Source: Heterodontus francisci
Lineage: Eukaryota
DNA length: 64,000 nt
Direction: 5' to 3'
NCBI RefSeq assembly: GCF_036365525.1
Contig: NC_090394.1
Span: forward strand, 74,154,146 to 74,218,145
In this document: positions 47,801 to 57,211 of the stretch, piece by piece
Layout: the number at the start of each line of letters is the position of its first letter
Position numbering within the stretch: the stretch's first letter is position 1
Made by a program: the position numbers and the translations under genes
The notes under the pieces: model-generated
The model's input: the letters and a program-made list of their open reading frames with translations, nothing else
What the model was told of the DNA's origin: nothing
Databases searched by the model: none

Positions 47801-49053
47801 CCACAACAGCTGAAGGCACCAATGGCGGAGTGATGAAAATTGGGATGCATTATGCCATAAATGGAGGAGCGCAGAGATCTTGAATAGTTGTAGGGCTGGA
47901 GATGGTTCCAGAAATAGGGAGGAGGGCAAGGCCACAGAGGGATGTGAAAACAAGAATGCAAATTTTAAAATCAAGACATTGCCAGACTGACAGCCAGTGT
48001 AGGTCAGCGAGCACAGAGATGCTGGGTGAACTGAACTTGATGCGAGTTAGGACACGGGTAGCAGAGTTTTGGATGAGCTCAAATTTATGGTGGAAAAAGA
48101 CTTGCATTTAAAAAGCACTTTTGACAACCACAAAAGGTCCCAAAGTGCTTTACAGCCAATGAAGTACTTTTGAAGTCATAGAATTATACAGCACAGAAAC
48201 AGGCCCTTCATGTCTGTCCCGGCCATCAAGCACCTAATTATTCTAATCTCATTTTCCAGCACTTGGCCTGTAACCTTGTATGCTATGGCGTTTCAAGTGC
48301 ACATCTAAATACTTCTTAAATGTTGTGAGGGTTCCTGCCTCTACCACCCCTTCAGGTCATGTGTTCCAGATTCCAACCACCCTCTGGGTGAAATTTTTTT
48401 TCCTCAAATCCCCCTGCCCTATATCTTAAATCTACAGGCCCTGGTTATTGACCATTCTGCTAAGGGAAAAAGTTTCTTCCTATCTAACCTATCAATGTCC
48501 CTCATAATTTTGTATACCTCAATCATGTCCCCCCTCAGCCTTCTCTACTCTAAGGAAAACAACCCTAGCCTATCCAGTCTCTCTTCATAGCTGAAATGTT
48601 CCAGCCCAGGCAACATCCTGGTGAATCTCCTCTGCACCCTCTCCAGTGCAATCACATCCAAACTATGTGTGATGCCGTGATGCCCAGAACTGTACACAGT
48701 ACCCCAGCTGTAAAGTAGGAAGTGCAGCAGCCAGTTTGTGCACAGCAAGCTCCCATAAAGAGAAATATGATCCTGATTGAGGGATATTGACTAAGGAGAC
48801 ACCAGAGAAAAACCCCCCTGTTCCTGTTTGAAATAGTCTCAATGGGATTGTTTACATCCACCTGAGAGGACAGACCACGTCTCTTTAACCTCTCATCTGA
48901 AAGACGGCATCGCCGACAATGCAGCGCTCCCTCAGTACTGCATTGGAGTGCCAGGGGAGTCTGAAGGGAAATGAAGTGACTCCAAGTCCAAGCCACGCGA
49001 GCACAACCCTGGACAGACGTGCTTCCATTCTCTGGGACTCACCAGACTTCCAT
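23684..49053 (-). CDS. PMS2: Mismatch repair endonuclease PMS2 (MutL-alpha subunit), complete, 15 coding exons, 852 aa (854 with the alternative exon 11 acceptor)
   Basis: Exons 49053-49043, 46834-46695, 44596-44510, 43403-43301, 42244-42061, 41375-41208, 39739-39642, 33110-33011, 32434-32350, 32114-31962, 29565(or 29571)-28719, 26047-25880, 25231-25131, 24903-24734, 23827-23684; sum 2559 nt, open throughout. GHKL ATPase motifs ([24 protein letters not shown]), endonuclease [29 protein letters not shown]. Confidence 0.97.
24734..24903 (-). CDS. PMS2: PMS2 exon 14
   Basis: [33 protein letters not shown]...FASRACRKS; cag|...|gtaagt. Confidence 0.96.
25131..25231 (-). CDS. PMS2: PMS2 exon 13
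   Basis: [33 protein letters not shown]; cag|...|gttggt. Confidence 0.93.
25880..26047 (-). CDS. PMS2: PMS2 exon 12
   Basis: [41 protein letters not shown]...QKLIA; cag|...|gtaagg. Confidence 0.96.
26446..27581 (+). mobile_element. Solo-LTR-like element
   Basis: TG...CGTAACA ends; internal AATAAA followed by the aaagaaacctgg block shared with the other LTR-like copies; no clear TSD. Confidence 0.55.
28376..28705 (+). mobile_element. tRNA-derived SINE whose 3' tail is shared with the LINE at 50252-50893
   Basis: A-box-like tagtggtgat, B-box gagttcaaatccc; tail gggcaataaatg..gg.c...cagcgacg..cacat....tgaatgaat; related copies near 21715-21935, 29815-30010 and 38960-39130. Confidence 0.7.
28719..29565 (-). 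CDS. PMS2: PMS2 exon 11 (Ser-rich linker)
   Basis: Long open exon with [10 protein letters not shown] and [23 protein letters not shown]; donor AG|gtaatt; in-frame alternative acceptor at 29571. Confidence 0.9.
30152..30960 (+). mobile_element. Solo LTR
   Basis: TGTCATGCAG...GGTCGTAACA; flanks aattc/atttc (4/5 TSD); colinear with 37324-38230. Confidence 0.75.
31962..32114 (-). CDS. PMS2: PMS2 exon 10
   Basis: [29 protein letters not shown]; tag|...|gtacag. Confidence 0.93.
32350..32434 (-). CDS. PMS2: PMS2 exon 9
   Basis: [28 protein letters not shown]; tag|...|gtaagt. Confidence 0.95.
32716..32835. repeat. 39-bp minisatellite, 3 copies
   Basis: AACTGACCACAAGGAACCACGGGCACAGACCAGATCAGG starting at 32716, 32755 and 32794. 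Confidence 0.9.
33011..33110 (-). CDS. PMS2: PMS2 exon 8
   Basis: [33 protein letters not shown]; aag|...|gtaagc. Confidence 0.95.
33843..36938 (-). mobile_element. Degenerate CR1 LINE spanning the ORF1 end to the 3' tail (34232-36938), plus a tandem second 3' fragment (33843-34226)
   Basis: APE ([27 protein letters not shown]) and RT remnants with frameshifts and an internal deletion; two consecutive 3' UTRs. Confidence 0.92.
37324..38230 (+). mobile_element. Solo LTR (same family as 30152-30960)
   Basis: TGTCATGCAGACCCCCACCTGCCAAGAATGAG...GGTTGTAAC; flanks atgcc/atgac (4/5); AATAAA near 38037. Confidence 0.75.
38487..38938 (-). mobile_element. Deu-domain SINE, near full length
   Basis: tRNA-like head gtggctcagtgggta...ggttgtagtttcaagtccc, Deu core, L2-like tail. 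Confidence 0.8.
39170..39495 (+). mobile_element. 3' fragment of the CR1/L2-group LINE family seen at 50252-50893
   Basis: cttggaactatatcaccgttccttcattgtcgctggg..aaaatcc..aactccctcccc...gggcaataaatgct. Confidence 0.75.
39642..39739 (-). CDS. PMS2: PMS2 exon 7
   Basis: [32 protein letters not shown]; cag|...|gtgagt. Confidence 0.92.
41208..41375 (-). CDS. PMS2: PMS2 exon 6
   Basis: [26 protein letters not shown]...VFGSKQ; aag|...|gtaaaa. Confidence 0.93.
42061..42244 (-). CDS. PMS2: PMS2 exon 5
   Basis: DLSVVTCHK...[26 protein letters not shown]; cag|...|gtgagt. Confidence 0.95.
43301..43403 (-). CDS. PMS2: PMS2 exon 4
   Basis: [33 protein letters not shown]; aag|...|gtattg. Confidence 0.95.
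44510..44596 (-). CDS. PMS2: PMS2 exon 3
   Basis: [28 protein letters not shown]; cag|...|gtaagt. Confidence 0.95.
45447..46361 (+). mobile_element. Solo-LTR-like element
   Basis: TGTGACG...CGTAACA inverted ends (6/7); AATAAA near 46191; TG-rich tract like the other copies; no clear TSD. Confidence 0.55.
46695..46834 (-). CDS. PMS2: PMS2 exon 2
   Basis: [46 protein letters not shown]; tag|...|gtgagg. Confidence 0.95.
47595..48095 (-). mobile_element. L2-clade LINE 3' fragment
   Basis: [28 protein letters not shown]; tail gtactatataaatgcaggttgttgttg. Confidence 0.82.
48175..48710 (-). mobile_element. CR1 LINE 3' fragment nested in a Deu-SINE (about 48100-48952)
   Basis: [37 protein letters not shown]; SINE sequence resumes on both sides. 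Confidence 0.82.
49043..49053 (-). CDS. PMS2: PMS2 coding exon 1
   Basis: ATG GAA GTC TG|GTGAGT; phase 2 matches exon 2. Confidence 0.75.
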
Positions 49054-49603
49054 TACCCCCACAAAGAGGACACAAATGCGTGACAAAAGCCGCAATCCTC
49101 ACTTGACGAACCGACACCAACTAAAAGCCGCACACCACCGTCGGCGCCACAAACGACCAATCAGCGGCTCGATTGAGCCTGGGTGCCGCGGCCCAGCGCG
49201 GCGAAATGCCCTCTGGGAAATGTAGTCCGAACGGGGCCCCTACCCATGCCAATTCTGCGTTCTAAACTACAACACCCATATTGCCAAGCGCCCCGCGGAA
49301 CCAGTCAACTATTACTTGTTATTCTTTAAAAGTAAAACGTTTTGATGCTAACTTTCGAATTTAATACTAAAGAGAAGAGTTAAATTTTATACTAAATTAT
49401 TTGAATCAAACTATTGTATTTTTATTTGATTGACGTCTCCGCTATCCAAACAGAAACCAGAAGGGGACGGAGGTGTGACCAATGAAATGAAGGAATGGGA
49501 TACGTGGGCGTTGCGGCCGCGGCGGTTGATGGTAGGTATCCGGTTTCCATGGTGCGTTGCTACGGGCGGTTGGTAAGGTGCAGCTGGGCCGGGTCTGTCT
49601 ACC
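49054..49603. promoter_or_regulatory. PMS2/AIMP2 bidirectional CpG-rich promoter
   Basis: 550 bp between divergent ATGs. ZNF143-type motifs at 49207-49228 (minus) and 49264-49285 (plus), CCAAT at 49157 and 49479, CRE-like TGACGTC at 49431, AT-rich central spacer. Confidence 0.8.
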
Positions 49604-49711
49604 ATGCAGATGTATAAGGTAAAGCCGTATCTACTGGCTGAGCAGACTGTGGAGTTGCCCACCTGCATGTACAAGCTGCCGAACATTCACCGAAGCACTG
49701 CGGACGTTCAG
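49604..49711 (+). CDS. AIMP2: AIMP2 exon 1
   Basis: accATG; [36 protein letters not shown]|gtacga. Confidence 0.93.
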
Positions 49712-52700
49712 GTACGAAATGTTCGGCGGGGGGTGGTGTGGTTGGGTTGGAGAGGCCTGCACTTCCCACAGGCCGCCTGGAGCCTCAAGCCGCGTATTCC
49801 GCGCTGACTTGCCTCCACCTTTTACGGTTCAACTCTACGGGCTGATTGTGTTTCACTGCCACTTATTTATTTTGAAGGTGGCAGGATGAGAATGTATTTA
49901 CATTGTGCAGCACTGGCCTAACCAATGTGCTCTACAAATGTAACCTGTTAAAGAGTCATTATTGGAAGGAAGACTTGCATTTCCATAGCGTCTTTGACAT
50001 TCTCAGGGTGAATGAGATGTTTTACAGCCAATTATACAAAACATTGTGAACTGTGATGAGGATGGTGTAGAAATTCAAAAGGACATAGGCGAGTTGGGTG
50101 AATGAGCGGACAAGTGGCAGATGAAATTCAATGTGGAGAAATGTGAAGTGATTTATTTTGGTGGGAAGAATGTAAAGAGACAATATAACAAAGGGTACAA
50201 CTCTAAAGGGGATTCCAGAGCAGAAGGATCTGGGTGTATATGTGCATAAGTTTTTTTTAAAAATTAATTCATGGGATGTGGGTGTCGCTGGCCAGGCCAG
50301 CATTTATTGCTCATCCCTAATTGCCCTGGAGAAGGTGGTGGTGAGCTGCCTTCTTGAACCGCTGCAGTCCATTTGGGGTAGGTACACCCACAGTGCTGTT
50401 AGGAAGGGAGTTCCAGGATTTTGACCCAGCGACAGTGAAGGAACGGCGATATAGTTCCAAGTCAGGATGGTGTGTGACTTGGAGGGGAACTTGCAGGTGG
50501 TGGTGTTCCCATGCATTTGCTGCCCTTGTCCTTCTGGTTGGTAGAGGTCGTGCGTTTGGAAGGTGCTGTCTAAGGAGCCTTGGTGCATTGCTGCAGTGCA
50601 TCTTGTAGATGGTACACACTGCTGCCACTGTGTTGATGGTGGAGGGAGTGAATGTTTGTAGATGGGGTGCCAATCAAGTGGGCTGCTTTGTCCTGGATGG
50701 TGTCAAGCTTCTTGAGTGTTGTTGGAGCTGCACCCATCCAGGCAAGTGGAGAGTATTCCATCACACTCCTGACTTGCGCCTTGTAGATGGTGGACAGGCT
50801 TTGGGGAGTCAGGAGGTGAGTTACTCGCCTCAGGATTCCTAGCCTCTGACCTGCTGTTGTAGCCACGGTATTTATATGGGTACTCCAGTTCAGTAAGTCA
50901 TTAAAGGTGGCAGGACTGGTTGAGAGAGCAGTTAATAAAACATACAGTATCCTAGACTTTAATAGTGGCATGGTGTACAAGAGCAGGGAGGTTATGTTGA
51001 ACTTGTATAAGACACTAGTTCGACCTCAGTTGGAGTATTGCGTCCAGTTCTGGGCGCTGCACTTTCGGAAAGATGTGAAGGCATTGGAGAGAGTACAGAA
51101 GAGATTCACGAGAATAGTTCCAGGGATGAGGAATTTCAGTTACGAAGATAGATTGGGACTGTTTTCCTTGGAGAAGTGAAGGCTGAGAGGAGATTTGATA
51201 GCGGTATTCAAAATCATGAGGGGTTTGGAGCGAGTGGATAGGAAAAAACCGTTTCCACTTGTGAAAGGATAGAGAATGAGAGGGCACAGATTTAAAGTGA
51301 TTGGCAAAAGCGACATGAGGAAAAACTTCATGCAGCAAGTGGTTAGGATCTGGAATGCACTGCCTGTAAGTGGTGGAGGCAGGTTCAATCGAGACATTCA
51401 AAGGGGAATTAGACTCTTGTCTGAACTGGAATAATGTGCAGGGATATGGGGAGAAGGTGGGGGAATGGCATTAGGTGAATTGCCCATTTGGTGCAGACAT
51501 GATGGGCCGAATGGCTGCCTCCTGCTCTGTAACAATTCTGTGAAATGTGTTCTTTGGGATGTTGATTGAGAGAAATATTGGTCAGGACACCAAAGATAAC
51601 TTCCCTGCTCCTCAAAATTGTGCTGTGGGATTTTTTACGCCCACCTGAGGGCAGATGGTGCCTTGGTTAAATGTCTCATCCGAAAGGAGGTGCATCTTGT
51701 TTTGTTTAACAATCGTGAAATCGTTTTCTTGTGAAGTGGATGTTTCAAACTTCATTTCTGAGGGTTGTAAGTGGGCTGTAAATTGTATTAGGAATCAAGC
51801 ACTTCTGTTTTCCATTCAAAGGGGAAAATCACACTGTTAAACATCTGTGCTTTTCAATTCCATCCCTCTAGAAATTAACCCTGCTTTTTTTTTAACAGGC
51901 TTATTAACCTGTGTCACTACTTTTAATTTGTGTATCTGTATCCCTAGATCCCTTTGGCTCCTCTGTCTACCCCATTTAAACATTTAGTTTCCAAGGTGTA
52001 TGTGGGCCCCTTTTCTTCCTACCAAATGCACCACCTCTATATTGAAATTAATTTGCCAATTACATCTCCATTCTGTTTATTAATGAGGACTGAGACAAAA
52101 TACAAGATGTTATTAGTTATATCCTCCAGTACTGGGCACCATTCTGGTCTCCATATTATAGAAAGGATATAGAGGCACTGGAGAAAGTGTAAAAAAAATT
52201 GACAAGAATGATAGATATAACCTCTCAGTCTGGTTATCAAGAAGACTGAACAGGCTGGACTCTTTTTTTTCTCTTGGTTTGATAGGGTAGACACAGAGTA
52301 TTTCCACTTGTGAGGGAGACCAGAACTAGGGGCTATAAAGATAAAATAGTCAGTGATAAATAAAGAGTTCAGGAAAAACTTCTTTACCCAGAGAGTGATG
52401 AGTGTGGAACTTGCTACCACAGGGAGTAGTTGTAGTGAATAGCATCAATGTATTTAAGGGAAAGCTAGATAAATACATGAAGGAGAAACAAATAGGAGGA
52501 AATGTTGATAGGGTTGGATTTAAGAGGAGTGGGATGAGGGTCATGTGCAGCATTAACACCATCATAGACCAGTTGGCTGACTAGCATGTTTCTGTGCTGT
52601 AAATTCTATGTAATTTGTATTTTAATGCACTTTTATTTTGAAGGTGGCAGGTTCAAGTTGATAAAGCTGTTTATTTAATGCATATGGGATCCTGGGCTTT

Positions 52701-55700
52701 ATAAATCGAAAGAGCACAAAAAACAAGGGAAGTGATGCTAAATAAACCTTTATAGATTACTGGTGAGGCCTCAGCTGGGGTATTGTATCCAATTATGGGC
52801 ACCACACCAGGAATGATGCAGAAGTAGTTCACCAGAATGGTACCAGGGATGAGGGACTTCACTTTTGTGGGAGAACTAGAGAAGCTGGGATTGTTCTGCT
52901 GAGAGCAGGAAAGGTTAAGGAAAGATTTAATAAGCGATGTTCAAAATTATGAAGCGTTTTGATAGAATAGATAAGGAGAAACTGTTTCCTCTGATGAGTA
53001 ACCAGAGGGCACTCTCAAGGTAACTGGTAAATAAATAAATAAGTAGTTCAATGTGCAAATTTTCCTCATTCATAAAATGAATAGAGAAAACAACTTTCAT
53101 TTATTTAGCCTTTCATGGCCTTAGGACATCACAATGCACTTCAAAGACAACTTTTAAATCCTAGTAACCGTTGAAATAGAGGGAAATATGGCAGCCAATT
53201 GGCACACATCATGGTCCCACAAACAACAGCACGACAAATGACTACTTAATCCATTGGTTGGTTTTTCAGGATGCAGATGAGTGTCCAGCACTCCAGAACT
53301 TGGAATCAAGGCAAACCGAAATCCTGAAACGTTTGTACGAGTTGAAGGCAGTTGTTGATGGGCTGTCAAAGACTGTTCTTACACCAGATGCTGACCTTGA
53401 TGTTGCAGAAATTAACCACGCCTGTCTTGTACCGACAATCCATACTGTAGCTAATTTAGATTCCGTACTGGGAAAGGTAAGTTTGAATCTCGACTCATAT
53501 CTCGTTAAATGAGCAACTGCTTTAAGGGTGAATTTAATGGAGTGGGGGGGGGAGGGGAGGGAGAGACCTGCATTTATATAGCAGCTTTCATGACCACAGG
53601 ACACCCCAAAACGCTTTGCAGCTAATGAATGCTACTCTTGAATGTAGCCACTGTTGCACTGTAGGAAACGCAGCAGCCAAATTGTGCACAGCAAGCTCCC
53701 ACAAACAGCAATCCGATAATGACCAGATAATCTGTTTTTGCAATGTTGATTGAGGGATAAATATTGGCCAGTTCACCAGGGAGAACTCTGCTACTCTTCA
53801 AAATAGTGCCATGGGATCTTTTATATCCACCTGAGAGCAGATGGGGCCTCGGTTTAATGTCTCATCTGAAAGACAGCATCTCTGACAGTGCAGCACTCCC
53901 TCGCTACTGTACTGGGCCATCGGCCTAGATTGTTGTGCTCAAGCCCTGGACTGGAACTTGAACCTGCAACCTGTTGATTCAGAAGCGGGAGTGGTATCCA
54001 CTGAATAACACAGTAGCTCTTTTTTGCTCAGTGAGCTACAGACATTTCTGCTGGTCTCTTTAGAGCTCTTGGTACATGCTGGGTGATGTGCCCTTTTCTC
54101 AGTCCAGCTCTAATACATCACCCTCCCTGCTTTCAAAATCTACCTAAAGACATTTCTCCTTAACTGCACTTTCATCACCAATCCATTTCTCCCCTTACAC
54201 CTTCTGGCCCTGGTATGCCAAAGGTAAAATGTATAATTTATGCAAAAAGTCACTGAAATTTGCAACATCTTAATTTATTTTAACTTTGAATGTAACTTGA
54301 CCTCCCCAAATACATTGCAGATATTGGTAGTGCACAACTGCTGTTAAATGTTTACATAAGGAGCAGTTTTAACTAAGACTTGTATAGAAAAACTTTTATT
54401 GTAGTTAATAAGAGTGAGCCATGTGTTAAACAGATTAAAAAGTGGGAATGTGGCAGCTCCTAACATATCTACATTACATAAGTCTCCCTGTGCAATTCTG
54501 ATATTAATGCTGTTGTCCTAGATCTATCAGTGGAACCTGCATGTTAATCTGCAGAAATGCAGGAGGGTTATGATAAAAGCAGCCTTATATCAGTATAACA
54601 GTTCTAAAATTACTGCCTGACACCCTATGTTCACATAATTGAAGGCTCCATATGTGTAGCTATGAAGAACATACTCAACATGTTGCTATACATGTCTGTT
54701 CATATAATGGTGTCCTTGGCATGAGTAAAATCGGTGTTTTTCCACTTTTGGTCAGTTGCTGCGTCAATTAACTTTTCAAGACTAAGATTTTTTTTTTAGA
54801 TAAGGGTACAGATCAACCATGATCTGATTGAATGGGAGAAATAGGCTTGAGGGGTTGAATGGCCTCCTCCTGTTCCTATGTTGTCAGTTTGTACTGTTTG
54901 TGTTGCAATTGCAATTCTCTTTTAATTTAATTACGCTTCACTTTAGAGTTCTGGTGTCCTCCGAGACATTGTCATCAATGCCAGCCCTTCTGAGGTGCCA
55001 CTGTCCCTATTAGTCCTGCACGGTTTGCTGTGTGAACAATACAAGGTGCTGTCTTCAGTGCATGTGCACTCCTCCGTGCAAAATGTTCCCTCAAAACTCT
55101 GGAACTGTCTAGGTGAAGGAAACTGCTGTCGTTCACGGCGGGAATATCAACTTGGCTTCACTCTCGTCTGGAAGGATGGTGAGAAAAAAATATATTGGAG
55201 TGTAATTGGAACTTTCCTGAAAACAAAGTGAATTGTTGGAGTTTTCAGTTTGCAGTTTAGTAATTTTGCAAAACAAATTGAGCTCTTCATGGTGTACCAA
55301 CAGAAATTTTAGACTCTGCTGTAAAGACACTTTACTGAAATAAACAAGTGACAAATTTTGTTAAATGATCAGTTTGAAGCCCAGGTTTGCTCATTGTAAT
55401 TAGATTGTGCTCAGTCATTTAAAAGGAAATCTATAAATCCGTACTCGGGCAAATTTATACTGAAACAGGCCGTTTTTATAAATGGCTGAGGACAGAATAT
55501 TTGCTATGGTGTCTGGTGCAAAAGTGGATGCAATGGCCAATGATAACCAATGTGCAATAATACAGACAGACCTGGGCAAACTAGATTGGTGACCAAAGAG
55601 TTAAGTGCAAAGTCTTGAGATTTGACAGAAAAAGCAAGAATTTAAGTTGTGCTATGAGTTTTGCTGAGCTGTTCATTCTCATTTTGAGGGATATTGCCAG

Positions 55701-56485
55701 ATACTTTGAATTGGTGCAGGAAGGTAATCTTCTAATAATTGAGGAAGTGTCAGAAGCCTAGACAATTGCTGCTGATTCTGGCATAAGCTTTGACAGTACT
55801 CGACGACTGGGTCATTACAAGTTTCTTCCAGCAACATGGTTATTGATTTTCAAAAAATATTATAACGGACCTTCATGGCAGCGCGTGTATTGGAGCAGCT
55901 GTTTGCTCATCGGTTTTCATTGACCTAGGTCCCAGGACGACTGAGTACTGACCCTGCCTATCACGCACAGGGAGTGCTAGTTGTTGGCATGGCCATTAAG
56001 TAACTAAGTAGAAATTCTGAATGATGCAAGTCTTAAAGTTTGCTCATGTCTTTAAGATGGACTTGCCATGCGTGACAGTTTTTGTTTTCCTCCTTTTGCC
56101 AGTGTGTAAAACTCAGATGAAGTTTAGCATCCAAAGTATGTGCTGCATCGAAGGTGAGGGAAATGTCGCCCGTTTCCTCTTTGCGTTACTTGGCCGCGAA
56201 TATGATGCAGTGACCTCAACACAGATCGACAACTGGGTGGATGTCGCCATCTTCCAGCTGAAAAAGGGCAGCAACAAGGAGAAGGCGGCCGTGCTGCGTT
56301 CCTTAAACTCAGCCCTCGGCGAGAGCCCCTGGGTCGTGGGAGTTGATCTGACGTTGGCTGACATTGTGCTGTACTGTGCCTTGAAGCAAGCGGAGATTGC
56401 CGGTATTCCAGCCAATGTGCAAAGATGGGTGAAATCCTGTGAGAATCTAGCATGCTTTCATCTAGCACTAAAGCTGCTGAAGTGA
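49604..56485 (+). CDS. AIMP2: Aminoacyl-tRNA synthetase complex-interacting multifunctional protein 2 (p38/JTV1), complete, 309 aa
   Basis: Exons 49604-49711, 53270-53476, 54947-55178, 56103-56485 (930 nt). [18 protein letters not shown], leucine zipper [19 protein letters not shown]-like C-terminus ending ALKLLK; AATAAA at 56588. Confidence 0.96.
50038..51545 (+). mobile_element. CR1 LINE 3' fragment in AIMP2 intron 1, interrupted by another LINE
   Basis: [12 protein letters not shown]..., [17 protein letters not shown], 3' UTR. Confidence 0.85.
50252..50893 (-). mobile_element. Nested CR1/L2-group LINE 3' fragment (different family)
   Basis: [41 protein letters not shown]; 5-bp duplication TAAGT at 50247-50251 and 50894-50898. 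Confidence 0.85.
53270..53476 (+). CDS. AIMP2: AIMP2 exon 2
   Basis: cag|[26 protein letters not shown]...DSVLGK|gtaagt; 207 nt, phase 0-0. Confidence 0.95.
53563..54003 (-). mobile_element. Deu-domain SINE, near full length
   Basis: Same head, core and tail as 38487-38938. Confidence 0.8.
54947..55178 (+). CDS. AIMP2: AIMP2 exon 3
   Basis: tag|[25 protein letters not shown]...[12 protein letters not shown]|gtgaga. Confidence 0.94.
56103..56485 (+). CDS. AIMP2: AIMP2 exon 4 (terminal)
   Basis: cag|..[25 protein letters not shown]...ALKLLK-TGA. Confidence 0.95.
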
Positions 56486-57211
56486 ATCATTGTTATGGTG
56501 AAAATCTACTTTTAGCCCTGTGCAGCTAACACCTGTGCATTTAAATCTCAATGTTTGCATATGAGGAAGTACCTATTCAAACAACTTAATAAATATCTTT
56601 TTAAAGGCATTCTTTAAACTGAAACCATTTTTTAAATTAAAGTTGTGCATTTTAGTTCATCTAAATTTTAAAAATTAGGGTTTTTTTCTGCCTGTGCACC
56701 ATCAGCCAGGCATGCGACTGACACAAGCAGCAACATAAGATGGGCCAGTATTTGCATTGTCTTCACTTGTAGGTTCAGTGATCCGAAAAGCTGAGTGAGT
56801 GGCTCTGCCATGCTATCAAACTATAAGCAAGTGGAAATTTTTGGGGAAGATAGCTACTTGGAGACTATCCATAAAAGTAAATCAAAAATCAGAATTTTCT
56901 TTAACTCCCACCCTGCCAATCCTCCTTTTCATACACACTCAGTCTCGAGAGCTCCTTTTGCTCTTTTCTTGGAAAGTTGCATCTCAAATAAAATTGAACA
57001 CAGTTTTAATAGTATAAGGATTAAAATATCACGTGTACTTTTGGGGAGTTAAGTATACCAAGCTTGTAAACAATGCTTTATCTGAGACCCACCTGTTACC
57101 AGTTCCTCTTGTAGTATGGACTATCATTGAGGAGCAGTAATTCCTACAGTGCTGTCCTTTATGATGAATACCCTGTGGATTGGTGCCTGAAACAGGTTGA
57201 TCACAACTGTT

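Noticed and set aside
23684-49053. Possibility that this PMS2 is a pseudogene or partial duplicate like human PMS2CL
   Set aside because: All 15 exons are present and in frame with canonical splice sites and intact catalytic motifs
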